Positions 47,001-60,690 are shown, counted from the first letter of the stretch. The stretch is 64,000 nt of DNA from Eledone cirrhosa (GCA_964016885.1 OZ024743.1:320106001-320170000), one strand, 5' to 3'. The notes: generated by a model from the letters alone, not told the origin. Made by a program: numbers and translations.

Positions 47001-49882
47001 GGTCTTTGTCTATGGGTTCTATCCAGGTTGGCCATGCAGGTCACTAGTTTGTGATCTGAATAGGCAACCATGAGCATTTGTGGACAGCTTAACATGTCCC
47101 TATCCTTATTTCTAACTAGAACCCTATCTAGGTACGATCTAGATGTTCCGCTACGATTAGTCCACGTCCACAGTGGCGCAGTCGGGAAATCTAGTCGATA
47201 TCTATCGGCCAGGTCAAATCGGTCGATTAACTGTTTAAGGCTGTTACACCCCCCTTTATCAGGACATGCTCCCACATAGTCCCAACGTGCATCCAGGATT
47301 CCATTCCAGTCCCCCACTAAAAGCAAGGAGCCAGAAAAGTCTCTAGACGTTTGAAGAAGTCTGGCCACGGTGTCCCCGATGGGGCATATGTGGCCACCAG
47401 CCTGAAGGCTCCACCTTCACTACCGTCAACGTCTAGGACCACCAGTCGACCCTTCGGGTCCAGATGTACCGTCTGTGTTACGAGGCCCAGGTGTTTCCGC
47501 AGCAAAACGGCTATTCCGCCCCCACCCCCCGGTTGACAGAGAGATGAGTAGATCTCAAAGTCATCGAAGATGGGGGCCAGCTGTCACTCGCTGTGGATCC
47601 TTGACACGCAAATGGCTACCACATCCATACTGTGCGACCTGAGGTCGTTTAAGAGTTTGCCCTGTTTCCAGGGAATCCCCAGGCCGCGTACGTTCACACA
47701 TCCAACTCTTATATTGGCCATGTTGGTGCTGAAAATTTAAAAGAGGAAAATAGATCACTCACTCTTCGTCTCCTGGGGACCAGGCCGCACGATTTCCATG
47801 GGGGTGTTGGAGGGGTTGTCTGGATGGGTGGTAGTTTCCGGCGGGGTGCGGACGGAGATGTTGGTGGGGTGGGGTCTGGTGGGATGTGGGTGTCTGGGTG
47901 GGCAGACATTTGAGAAGGACGCGGTTGAGTGGTCACGCAGGAATTCCCCACATCCTTCTCAAGTGTTTCTTTTAGGGACCTATAATTTTGTATAGGGACC
48001 CTAATCAGTTTTAGCTTCAGTCTTTTGCTATTTTTAATAGAGTGGGCGAAAGTTTTCCCTTCGGTTTTCACCGAAGGGTCGTTCGTGATGGTCTCCATTG
48101 GTGTTTTGTTTTCAGTGTTTATGTAAGTGTAAGTGTAATTTTCTTGTGTTGTGTTTGTTTTTATCTGTAGTTCTTGTGTGTGCTTTCGTTTTGTTGTAGG
48201 TATTTTGTTTTCAGGAGGTGGGGGTTTTGTTTGTGATGTTTTTGTTGTTTGTGTTGGTGGTTGTATGTTTGTGGTAGTGTTTGCTGGTTTTTTGCTTTTG
48301 TGATGTCTTTTCTTTCTTTTCGAGCGATGGGGTTCTCCCTCGTCTTCACTGGGTGATGGCGAGATAGCCTCATCTGTTGTATCGTCTGTGTGATTGGGGA
48401 GCGGTATGTCTTGGGGAGCTGTTGTGGCTGTATGTGATTTTGCAGTGGTTTTAGCTGGAGTGGGGTTGGGTGGGACTGTGTTTGTTGTGGTTATTTTTGT
48501 GTGTTGGTGTTGTTGTTGTTGTGGTGGTGTTGGTGGTTGTATTGTTTTGATGGGTGTCGGCAGAAGAGCCTTTTTTTGGTTCATTAATTTAGGACAGGAA
48601 GCCCTCAGGTGACCCCTGCTAAAGCAATGGTAACATGAAGGCCGCCTACCCTCAACCGAAAAGTTTATGTAGGTGAGTCCGTCCAGGAGTACACGCTGTG
48701 GGATCATAGCTATTCGCTCTGGGCTCATTTGCACCAGAACTTAAATGCTAGTCCCATTGAATACATCTCTGGGGGACTTGCCTACTGACAGTATTCTGTC
48801 TTCATCAAAATTGATGAAGCCGCACAGTATCCACCATATGTTCACCTTTGGTGTGACACTCGTGATTCTGATCTTTTGTGTCATTTTTCCCATGTATGTA
48901 GGGAAAAAGGTGTACAGGTTGGATACAATTGGCGACACAGAGTAATTTTGGGCCGTCAATTGATCCTTCATGAGTACCGAAATACTCCCCAAAAATTTGC
49001 TTCTTTGAATGAATGCAATATCATTCATTGAAATTTTGAAAACCATTTCAATTTCTTTCTGTGACAATTGGACTGGTTTTCGGGTAGAATTGGAAACTGT
49101 CCTAAAAACTATCGTTTTGAGAGCAGTTTCCTTGCGAATTTCTACCGGAGAATTGATGTTGAAAGCACCATTTTTTTCGAAAGTGACATATCTCCTAGCG
49201 TCCTTTAAAAGTTGTTCAGCATTTGTTATGTCGAGATATATCAATTCCTCCTTTTTTTAACTTTCTCTGCAAAGGAGTGTCGGTGTCTTTGTGGAATCCG
49301 TGTTGTTGGTGTTGTCATTATTGTTGTTATTGTTGTTGTTATTCTTGTTGTCACCGATGTTGGTATTATTCGTATTTTCCTTGGTGTTGTTGTTGTCTTT
49401 GATGCTGGTGTTATTGGTGTTGTCTTTATTTTTTTCTTTGTTGTTGTTATCATTGTTGCTTTTATCATCATTATTGGTGTTGCTGTTATTTTTGTTGTCA
49501 TTGAATTTTTTGCTGTCATTTGTGTTGTTTGGATATTAATTCGTTTTTACATTTTCATTTCGTCTTTCCATCTCTAGAGTATCTAGTGAAGAAGACGTTG
49601 TTGACTGCGAGCTTAATAGTCTTACCGCCTCTCCAACACCATTATCATTGGACGCAGCGTTCGTAACGTAATCAAACTTTTACAATATTTTTTCAAAGAT
49701 TCGATGGAGAAAAAATATTTCAAACGGATATTTCGCCCCTGTAGGGGCGAAAATGAGTTGACCCACCACCTGAAGGTCCAGACGGGGAGACAAGTTACAC
49801 AATAATATAAAATTTAACTGAAAACTCACGTTTTCTTCTTACATAAATTAACGGAAACTTCTCCGCGAAGTTACACACGTCT
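44050..49882 (-). mobile_element. Full-length Tx1 copy F (ORF1 about 49650-47755; ORF2 47721-44292), close relative of copy B
   Basis: CYHCFSRGHLRASCP knuckle; APE, RT (QGCPLS, AYADD) and CCHC all present; 5' end AGACGTGTG; GATA repeats on both sides. Confidence 0.95.
44292..47721 (-). pseudogene. Tx1 ORF2 of copy F, multiple frameshifts
   Basis: ORF pieces 47317-47505, 46394-47368, 46003-46377, 45366-45974, 44865-45227, 44292-44696. Confidence 0.9.
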
Positions 49883-49901
49883 GATAGAGAGAGAGAGAGA
49901 G

Positions 49902-49937
<36 letters not shown>
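49883..49937. repeat. (GA)n(GATA)n spacer
   Basis: Direct inspection. Confidence 0.95.
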
Positions 49938-49938
<1 letters not shown>

Positions 49939-50902
49939 TGTTTCTTTTATTTGCCACTAGGGCATCAAAAGTGGGACAAGTACAAAGGGGGGAGTTTACA
50001 CAAAAAGGCGTCCTCAATAAGGAGGAGGCAATAACAAAATATAAAAATAAAATAAGATATAACAAAAAATAAAATTTTTAACAAAATCCTCAATAGAGAG
50101 GAGGCGCCTTGGGGGGTCGCACACACCCCCGAAAAAAGTGTGCAACCCTTCTCCTCAGGAGCACAGAGAAGGGGTGCTGCCTTGGTCTTTCATCTTCCTC
50201 ACCTATAGTCTGATGTAGAGTGAAGGCCCATTCACACGGGCCATTCTCGCCACTTTCACCCATCTTTCATAGAAACGGCTGGGGTGCAGCACCTCTCTCT
50301 CCATCCTGATCCTTCTACCGAAATGATATCGGAAGAAACGGACCAGTTGTTGGCCAGAGAGAAAGGTGCCTGACCTCAGTCCTTTCAGACGCGTCCACCA
50401 TACAACCTCTTTCGCCATGGCTATCACGCACAGAAACACCGCCCCTGCTTCATCTTTGAAGGGGGGAGGCGGCTTGATCATCACAATAGACTCGGTGGTC
50501 AACCGGATCGGTCCCACCCTTGACAGCAGTTGTTCGACATAGCCCCACAGATCGGCTACGCCCGAGCAGTGTACCAATGCGTGTGCAACGGTTTCCTCGT
50601 CAAGTACAATGTCCTACCGAACAGGCTGGCCAGTTCGTCCTCCTCCATGTCTAGGGCTTCTCCGAGGGCGTCGTCGCACCTGCTGCGTACCAGCCCTCTA
50701 TAGAATGTTGTGGTGGAGTCTCCACTGATAACCGGATCCGCCTGCCAGAGGGCGGTGAGCGCATGGGCACACTCAGTGTGCCAGGCGCCCAGTTTTCTCG
50801 GTCTTTGCTTGACCCAGGATTGACCGAGAAAACTGGGCGCCTGGCACACTGAGTGTGCCCAGGCGCTCACCGCCCTCTGGCAGGCGGATCCGGTTATCAG
50901 TG

Positions 50903-50904
<2 letters not shown>
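49938..50904 (-). mobile_element. Tx1 copy G, 3' fragment with an internal deletion and an 83-bp foldback at its 5' end
   Basis: ORFs 50203-50577 and 50556-50870; arms 50721-50803 and 50822-50904. Confidence 0.9.

Positions 50905-50965
<61 letters not shown>
50903..50965. repeat. (GATA)n spacer
   Basis: Direct inspection. Confidence 0.97.
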
Positions 50966-53900
50966 TTCTTTATTTACCATAAAGGCATAAAAAGAAGGGA
51001 CAAATACAAAGGGGGAGTTTACATACAATCGAGTAAAAAGGGTATAACATGAAAATAATCGAAAATAACCTCAAAAGGGAGGGGACGTGATGGGGGTTGC
51101 ACACACCCCCGAAAAAGTGTGCAATCCTTTGCCCGGGGAGCACATGGAGAAGGTGCTCCCCTCTCCTTTACTTCTTTACCTACAGGATGGTATACAGAGA
51201 AGGCCCATTTACACGAGCCATTCTCGCCACTATCACCCACCTTTCATAAAACTGTCTGTGGCCAAGCACCTCTCTCTCCATTCTTATCCTTCTTCCGAAG
51301 TGATATCGGAAGAAGTAGACCAGATTATGGCCAGATAGGAAGTTGCCTGACCTCAGACCTTTCAATCGTGTCCATCAAACAACCTCTTTCAACATGGCTA
51401 TTACGCACAGAAAAACCGCCTTTGCTTCCTTTGTGAAGAGGGGAGGCGGTTTGATTGTCATCACGGACTCGGCGGTCAATTTAATCGGCGCCACCCGCAA
51501 CAGCAGTCGTTCGGCGTAGCCCCACAGATCAGCCACGCCCGGACATTGCACCAATGCGTGCGCAACGGTTTCTTCGTGACGCACGCATCTAGGGCAAATC
51601 TTTTTTGAGGGATCCCTGCCCGGGCGCCCGTGTCTGTAGAACCTCTCTCGAACGGGTAGAGCCCCTCGGTAGCACTGCCAGGCCAGTGACTTCTGGAAGT
51701 TGTCCATTGGTCCTGGGCCGAAATTCCTACCGAACAGGCTGGCCAGTTCGTCTTCCTCCATGTCCAGCGACTCTCCAAGGGTGACATCGCCCCTGCTAGC
51801 CACCAGCCCTCTATAGAATGATGAGGTGGATTCTCTACCGATGGCCTGGCCCGCTTGCCAGAGAGCCCTGAGCGCCTGAGCACACTCAGTGTGCCAGTCT
51901 CCCAGTTTTCCGGATCTTTGCTTGACCCAGGACTGTAGCTCGGTGAGCGAGACGAGTCTCGGAAAGGCTCGTTTTACGAACGGAGCCCACACCGGTTGAC
52001 CAGTGAGGAATACCTGTAGGTGCCTAGCCTTAATGCTTGCCTACGCATCATCAACCACGGCATCCCCAGCCCTCCTTTCGAAGGTTGTTGGCAGCAGATG
52101 GATCTTCTCACCATAGGAGGGCGCTTCTTCCAAAGAAATTGGAAGAGCATGCGTTCCATGGTGGTGAGTGTTTCCTTAGGGCAAGGCACGACAGTCAGGC
52201 GGTAGTAAGTGACGGACGCTATGTAAATGCTCGCCACCTCCGCCCAGCCTTTTAGGGACAGCTTACACTTGGCCCATTTCTGGGTTAGTGCAAACACCTT
52301 GTTCGTAATCTCGTTCCAGTTCTTTTCCACCTGGAGGTCCGGTCCAAACCAGACCCGAAGCAACTTTACCGGGTCCTCCGTCCAGTGTCCGACGACACAG
52401 TCGGGAGGCATCGGTCTGCCTCTCCACGTTCCGAGTTGCAGCCCGATGGATTTTTCCCGGTTCAGTTTCGATCCTGACAACCTTTCGTAATCCTCCAGTA
52501 AAGTACCGATCGCCTCGATCTCCGAGTCGGTCGATACCATTACTGTTACGTCATCGGCGTAGGCCGACACCGCTTTGCTCAATCCTGGTTCCAGGGGGAT
52601 ACCCTGCAACAACTCCAACTTCCTCAGTAAAGGCTCGAGAGTCAATACGTACAGAAGGGAGGAGAGAGGGCACCCCTGTCGAATGGATCGTGTGATTTCG
52701 AACGGCTTCGAAAGGTAGCCGTTCACCTTGATCCTAGAACAGATGTGGTTGCTATGTAAGGCAGTGATCTAGCCTCTGAAAACAGGACCGAACCCAGCCG
52801 CCGCTAGCACCGCATCCAGGTAACCATGGTCGACCCTATCGAAGGCCTTAGACTGATCCAAGTTGATCAGGGCCCCACCGAAGCCGGGTTTGTTGCCAAT
52901 CCTCTCTATGATGTATCGCATGAGGTGGAGGTTATCGTGAATGGACCTGGATGGGATAGCACATGTCTGCGCATCTCCCACCAGGCCACCCACAACAAGC
53001 GCCAACCTCTTGGCTAACACCTTGGCCAAAATATTTAACTCTGTGTTTAGCAGGGTTATGGGCCGAAAATTATTTATACTATCTCCTTTGTTCTCGTCCT
53101 TCCCCACCAGCGTGACTACGCCCTTGGCTACAGAACAAGGAATTCTCCCGTTCTCCTGCCAATTGCAGTAGACCGCTTCGAGGAGTTCGGAGAAGAAGAC
53201 CGGCATTGCTAAATAAAGTTCGTAAGGTATACCATCGAGACCTGGAGATTTGCGTCTGCTGCATTGGCTCAGCGCATCTCCGATCTCATCAGCCGAGATT
53301 GGTCCCTCGCAGGACTCCGCCCCATCGCTCGAGAGACGCGGTAGGCCGTCGAGGTATGGACCGAAATCCACGTCCTCGCCCGGACCTCGGCCTCCCCCGA
53401 ACAATCGGGCAAAGTGCCTTTGAAAGGCTTCGCACATCTGCTTAGGCTCCCGGATCACCCGTCCATCTTCGTCTTGCAACGAACGGATGGTGGATAGATT
53501 TCCACTCTTAGCTTTTCTGGACAGCTCAATATGTCCCTATCCTTACTTCTAACTAAGAATCTATCTAAGTACGATCTAGATTGACCACTGTGGTTTCTCC
53601 AAGTCCAGGTAGGCACAGTTGGAAAATCTAGTCGATATCTATCGACCAAGTTAAAACGGTCGAGTAACCCCTTGAGGCTGTTACACCCCCCTCTATTAGG
53701 ACATGCTCCTGCATAGTCCCAACGTGCATCCAGGATGTCATTACAATCCCCCGCTAGAAGCAGGGAACGCGACGTTCCCAGAAAAGTCTCTAAACGCTAG
53801 AAGAAGTCGGGCCGTTCAGCTCCGAAAGGGGAGTAGACGGCGACCAGTCTTAAGGCCGCACCTTCACTACTGCCAACGTCTAGCACCAACAAACGACCCT

Positions 53901-56303
53901 CCGGGTCCGAGTGCACAACCTGTACGGCAAGACCCAGGTGTTTTTGCAGCAGTACGACAACCCCACCCCCACCTCCAGGTTGACAGAGAGATGCATGCAC
54001 CTCAAAGTCATCGAAGGTAGGGGCCAGCTGCCGCACGACGCTGATCCGAGTCTCACAGATAACCATTACATTTATACCACATGACCTGAGGTCATTTAGA
54101 AGCTTTGCTTGCTTCCAAGTCGAGCCCAGGCCACGTGCATTCAAACATCCTACTCTTAACACATCCATGTGGGTGGCAGAGCCAAAGGAGAGTGTAGAGA
54201 CCTACCTTTCCGCTTCCCGGGGTTCGGGTCGCACGACTTCCATGGGGTCGGGGGTGATGGGTGAAGGGGTGTCTTGTGGTGGTGTGGGGTCGTCAGTGTG
54301 TGGTGGGGTTGGGGTGTTTGGAGTTGTGTTGGGGAGTTAGTAGGACGCGGTTTATGGTGGTCCTACGTCCTCCTTAAAATCCTATTTTAGTTTTTGGTAG
54401 AGGTTCATTGGGATCTTTATTAATTTTAAATGTGGGTAGTTATCTGAAGAAACAAAGTTTACACCTTCGGTTTGTACCGAAGGATTATTGTATATGAGTT
54501 CATTTAATTTATTATTGTTTCTGTTGATGTAAGTATAGTGTAATGTCTTTTTTTCGGATGGTGTGAGTGTTTCGAAGAGGGGAGGGGCAGGTTTGGTTTT
54601 GTTTGTTGCTGGAGGGGTGTTTTCTGTTTTGTTGGATTGTGTTGAGATTTGGGTGGGGGTTGTTTGGCCTTGTGTGTTTTGCACATGTTTTCTTTGTTTC
54701 CTTTTAATCTGTCTGAAGGACTCCGTTACTTCCTCCGAATTCGTTGGGTTATCTTCAGTGTTGGAGGGAAGAGGTATGTTTGCTGGTAAAGTTTCCGTGT
54801 TGGTTTTCTTTGTGGGAAAGATGGATGTCACTATGTTAGACTGTGTTGTGTGTTGTGTCTGCGGTGGTTGTGTTGTTTTATTGAGTGAGGGGTTGGGTGG
54901 GCCTGTATTTTGTTTTGGGGTAATGTGTTGTGACTGTTTGTGTTGTGGTGGTGGTGTAGTTTTACTGAGGGGCGGGTTGGGTGGGACTGAGTTTTGTTGT
55001 TTGTTTATCTGTTGTGGTGGTGGTGGTGGAGCTGGTGTTGGTAGCAGGGTTTTCTTTTTGTTGAATTGGGGACAAGCGGCCTTCAGGTGCCCTCTGCCTG
55101 CACAGATATGACAGGATGGCCTTCTCCCCTCCACGCTAATGTTTATATACCCGTGGCCCTCTAATAGGATTCTGTCGGGTATGTGGGCGATGAGTTCAGG
55201 CTTCATTTGCACTACCAGCTCTATACCTGTTCCACTGAACGCATTGTCTATGGTTTTCCCAATGGAAATCACGTTGTCATTCACTGGATCGATGAAGCCA
55301 ACTATGAGCCAGCAGTAGTCCACATCTGGCATCATTGCATCCAGCCATATGCGTTGAGTTCTTTTCCCCATATAAGATGGATAAAAGGTAAAATTTTTCG
55401 AACGAATCGGTGACAAAGCACATTTTTTTGCCGCCGATTCGTTCTTCATAATAATTGCTAGGCTTCCATAGAGTCTGTCTTTTCTTATGAAAGTGGTTTC
55501 ATTAAGTACTTCTGTGAGTACTGTTTTGATATCTGCTTGAGAAGGCTGTTCAGGTTTTTTTTGAAGTGTTATTGATGGTGCGGAACACGACCGTTCTACT
55601 TTCAATGTCTTTGGTGAGTTCTTGAGGCATTTTAACCGATAAAATACCATTCTCTCCTTCAGTTATGTATTGTTTGGCGTCTGTGATTCTTCGTGCCACA
55701 TCTGAAATATTATCAGGTATATATGTCAAAGATTTCTTTGTTTTTTGTGCAAATGAAATCTTGACTCTGTCGTCTGCTTTGCTTTCTGTTATGGTGTTAT
55801 TTTCAAATGTTATTTTTGTGTTTGTTGTGTCTTTGTTTGTGGTGTTAGTATTGTCATGCAATTTTTCAAATTTTTTTTTTTCGTTGTTGGAATCCATGTC
55901 CAGATTTGTGTTTTCGTCATTTTTCTCCGCAGATTCGTCTGTTTTTATTTTGTTTTTTCCTTCCTTCTCCATGACGTTAGTTGGGAAGGAAGGGGGGACT
56001 AAAGCGTGCGAGCTTACAACTCTTACCGCTGTCCCCCACCACTGTTTTCGTTCGCTTCGTTTAACATTTCTGTCAGAAGATAGAAAAAAAAATTTTTTTG
56101 TTGCCACAAAATTTAAAAAAACAGGTTTTTTACCTATAGGAGGGGTAAAAATGAGCTGACCCACCGTCTGACAGTTCAGACGGGGGGTCAAGCTACACAA
56201 TAGTATCAAAATTAAATTTGAACTCACAAAATTTCCGCAATAAATTTGAACAAAACTTCTGCGCGAAGTGAATTACATCCACACTGTAGAACAGACGACA
56301 GCT
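50966..56303 (-). mobile_element. Full-span Tx1 copy H (ORF1 about 56100-54202; ORF2 54168-51180, internal deletion near 53510)
   Basis: CHICAGRGHLKAACP; MDVLRVGCLNARGL; RT motifs; CPRCVRHEETVAHA. Confidence 0.95.
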
Positions 56304-56309
56304 TGATTG

Positions 56310-56388
<79 letters not shown>
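56310..56388. repeat. (GATA)n spacer
   Basis: Direct inspection. Confidence 0.97.
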
Positions 56389-59300
56389 TTCTTTATTTGA
56401 CACAAAGGCTCACAAAAAAAGGGAAAGATGCTGGCGGTTTGATCCTTACTATCGACTCGGCAGTCAACTGGTTTTGTCCCATACGCGACAGCAGTTGTTC
56501 TGCATAGTTCCACAGGTCGGTTACGCCCGTGCAGTCTACAATTGCGTGCAGGACTGTTTCAATGTCCTGTGCGCATCTTGGACACGTCCTCTTGGAAGGA
56601 TCCTTGCCGAGGCGTCCGTGCCTGTAGATCTTGTCACGAACTGGTAGAGCTCCGCGGTAGCACTGCTAGGCCAGGGACCTCTGGAAGTTGTCCATAGGTC
56701 CCGGGCGGAAAGTCCTACCAAACAGACTGGTGAGCTCATCGTCTTCGACGCCCAGAGTCTCTCCTAGCACGTCGTCGCGCTTGTAACGTACAATCCCTCT
56801 ATAGAATGTCGATGTAGAGTCTCCAGTGATTGCTGCCCCCGCTTGCCAGAGGACTGTGAGCGCCTCAGCGCATTCAATGTGCCAGGCGCCCATCGTTTTC
56901 GGTCTTTTCTTGACCCATGACTGCAGCTCCGTCAGTGAGACGAGCTGTGGGAAAGCCTGTCTCACAAACGATGCCTACATCGGTTGGGGGTCGGTGATGC
57001 CCAGCCCTCCGTTGGAAGGGTGCTGGCAGCAGACGGATCTCCTCACCAGCTCCTTCCGCAGAAACTGGAAGAGTATGCGTTGCATCTTGGCGAGGTGTTC
57101 ACGGGGACAAGGCACGACAGTCAAGCGGTAGTAGATGACGGGCGCTATGAAAATGTTCGCCACCTCCGCTCGACCTTTCAAGGACAGTTTGCACTCTGCC
57201 CACTTCTGGGTGAGCGCAGACACCTTGGCCGTGACCTCGTTCCAGTTTTTCTCCACCTGGAGGTCTGGACCGAACCAGAACCCGAGCAATTTCACCGCTC
57301 CGTCCGTCCAGCGTCCAACGACGCTGTCGGAGGTCATCGGTTTGCCTTTTCCTCTCCACGTCCCGAGTTGCAAACCGACAGATTTGTTTGGGTTTACTTT
57401 TGCTCCCGTCAGCGTTTCGTATTCTTTCAGTAAGTTGCCGATCACCCCGATTTCCGAGGTGCTCGAGACCATTACTGTAACGTCGCTTTGAGAACCGCTT
57501 CCAAGTATCGATGGTCAACCCTATCGAATGCCTGAGACTGATCCAAATTGATCAGAGCCCCACCGAAGCCGGGTTTACTACCCACCCTCTCAATGATGTA
57601 TCGCGTGAGGTGGAGGTTGTCGTGTATGGACCTGGTCGGGATTGCACACGTTTGCGCTTTCCCTACCAGGTTCTCGACGACAAGCGCCAGTCTCGTCACT
57701 AGCACCTTGGCCAAAATCTTTAATTCTGTGTTGAGCAGAGTTTTGGTCCCGAAGTTGTTAATTTCGACCACCTTGTTCTCGTCTTTCCTGATCAGCATTA
57801 CTACGCCCTTGCCTGCAGAACTGGGAATTCTCCTGTTCTGCTGCCAATTGCAGTAGACGGCTTCGAGGACGCCAGAGGACAAATCCGGCACGCCTATGTA
57901 AAACCGTTTCTCAGTGTCCGTGATCGGTCTTTCGCAGAACTTGGCGTCCGTGTTCGAGAGACGCGGCAGGCCGTCGAGGTATGAACTAAAGTCCTTTGCC
58001 CCGTTAGGTTCACCGTCGTTCTGCTCAAACAGTCGCGCAAAGTGCTGCTGAAAGGTCGCGCATATTTGCTTGGGGTCAAGTAGCCCGCGTCCGTTTTGGT
58101 CTTTCAAAGACCGAATCGTGGACTTGTTGCCACTTTTTGCCTTCGCCACTCGGGCACAGCTGACAGCTTTCGCTCCTTCGTTTCCTAGATCACGTGTTTT
58201 GCTTCTGACCACGCAGCCTTCGTGTTTTGCATCGAAGAACTGGTCCAGTGCCGTTCTCGACGCTAACATTCTAGCCGCGTTGCCACTTCTAAGTGCCTCC
58301 ACTACCTTGGCTATTAGTTCTCTTTCTATTTTGTTTTTCTCTAAGGCTAACTCTCTGCTAAACCCTATCGATTCTATTTTAATTGCTTTCTTGAGAGTGT
58401 ACCACCATCTATTGTTGACGATGGCTCCCGTTAACTCTTGCTTGACTAATCTAGTTATCCTTTCACTGTAAGCTTTATGTGCCGGCAACGTCACGTTCAG
58501 CTTCCAGTATCCGGGTCCCTGTCTATGTGTTCTATCACGGTTGACTAAGCAGACGACTAATTTGTGATCTGAATAGGCAACCATGTGCATTCGTGGACAG
58601 CTTAACATCTCCTTGTCTCTTTCTAAAATGAAGAACCTATCTAAATACGATCTAGATGTCCCGCTGCGGTTTGCCCACGTCCACTGTGGTGCAGTCGGAA
58701 AATCCAGTCGATACCTATCGGCCAGTTGGAATTAGCCGATTAAAGTTTTGAGGCTGTTGCACCCCGCTCTACTGGGACATGCTCCCACATAGTCCCATCG
58801 TGCATCTAGGATACTATTCCAGTCCCCCCACTAAAAGTAAGGAGCGAGACGTTCCCAGAAAAGACTCTAGACGCTAAAAGAAGTCTGGCCGTGATTGCGA
58901 TTGCCCGGTCCGGGTATAAACGGCCACCAGTGTGAAGGCTTCACCCCCAATACTGTTCACGTCTAGGACTACCAGTCTACCCTCCGGGTCCAAATGTACT
59001 TGCTGTTCTTCGACGTCCAGGTTCTTCCGAAACATGACAGCCACTCCACCTCCACCTCCTGGCTGACAGAGAGATGCGTAGATCTCAAAGTCGTCAAAGA
59101 TGGGGGATAGTTGCTGCCTGTTGTGGATCCTGGACTAGGTGATGGCTATTACATCCATACTGTGTGACCTAAGGTCGTTTAAAAGTTGGCCCTGTTTCCA
59201 GGGCATCCCTAGGCCACGCACATTCACGCTTCCAACTCGTAAACTAGCCATGTTGGTGAAGAAGAGTTGAGAAAAGGGACGAAAAGTGCACTTACCTGTT

Positions 59301-60280
59301 CGTTTCCTGGAGATCGGGTTGTTCAATCTCCATTTGGGTGTTGGGTGGGGTGGGGAAACATTTCAACAGGACGCGGTTGATGGGTTTCTGGCAGGGTTGC
59401 CCACGTCCTGTGAAAATTTATTTTTAGGTCATTATAGGTTTCCATAGAAACCCTTAGAAGTTTAAGTCTTGGAGACGATTCTGCTTTGACGAAAGTTTTG
59501 CCCTCCGTCTCTACCTTGGGGTTTTGGGAGATGACCTCCATCAAACTCTTGTTGTTTGTGTTGATGTATGCGTATTGTTGTTTGCGTTTTTATTGTGTTG
59601 TTTTAGTTTGTTGTTCGTCCGGGAGTTTTCTTTTTATGGTGGGTGCTTGTGTTTGGGGTGGTGTTGCTGTTGGTTTTGCTGGTAGGGGGATGTTTGATTG
59701 TGGTATTGTTTGTGTTGTTATTTGTGTCTGTGGTTGAGTGTTGGTGTTGGTGATTGGAGTGTTGGGGGTTTTGTTGTGTCTCACTTTATGATTTTTAGAT
59801 TTCCGCGGCTCTCCCTCTTCTTCACTTAAAGCAGGAGAAGCAGCCTCATCTGTCAATGAATAATCATCGTCAGGAGTGTGGGGTAAGGGTATGTTGTGTG
59901 GTGGTGGTGGTGTTTCGGTGTGTGTGTTTGTGGTAGTGTTTTATGGAGTGGGATAGGGTGGGGCTGTGTTCTTCAGGGGTGTTGTCTCTGTTTTTTTCTG
60001 TTGTTGTTGGTTGAGTGGCTGTTTGTTTTGGTGTGGTTGCTCGTTTGGTCTGTTGTACTTGTGGTGATGGTGGTTGTGTTGGTGTTGGTGTTGGTAATAG
60101 TGTTTTTTTAATGATATTGTTGTGTTGTGGTGTGTTTGTGAAGGACAGGAGTCTTTTAGGTGTGATGTGCTACCACAGCGAAAGTAAAGAAATTTACGCC
60201 CTTCTACCGAAATGTTTATTTTGTTGTTGTTGTCGATGATAACTTTTTCGGGTATTTTGGAGATTCTCTCCGGCCTCATT
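56389..60280 (-). mobile_element. Tx1 copy I, 5'-truncated in ORF1; ORF2 starts at 59251, with deletions near 57480 and 56428; close relative of copy D
   Basis: VEGRK...CGSTSHLKDSCP; MASLRVGSVNVRGL; ORF 57472-58608. Confidence 0.92.
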
Positions 60281-60631
60281 GTATTCTCAGATATATTAAG
60301 AACTTGAGAATTAGTATTCGGTACTGCCTCAAATGTGCAATAATTTAAAATCAATAAATTTTTAGGCTGTAACAAAATGTGCTTTAAAAAATTTCCGACA
60401 CAAAATATATAACACTTTATATTACATTTAATGTAACACCTGTGCATCATGTAATATTATTGTTCATATTGATTATAGTTTGGAAAAATTATCCTATATT
60501 TTGTATGAGGCATCTAGTATCGAATGTGATGACAGAAATCGCCAGCATGAATATATCAATATTGATACGCCATTACAGTCACACAGAAACGCAGTCACAC
60601 TTATACACACACCTACATAGATACACACACG

Positions 60632-60672
<41 letters not shown>

Positions 60673-60690
60673 GCAAGCAAGCCACAGACA

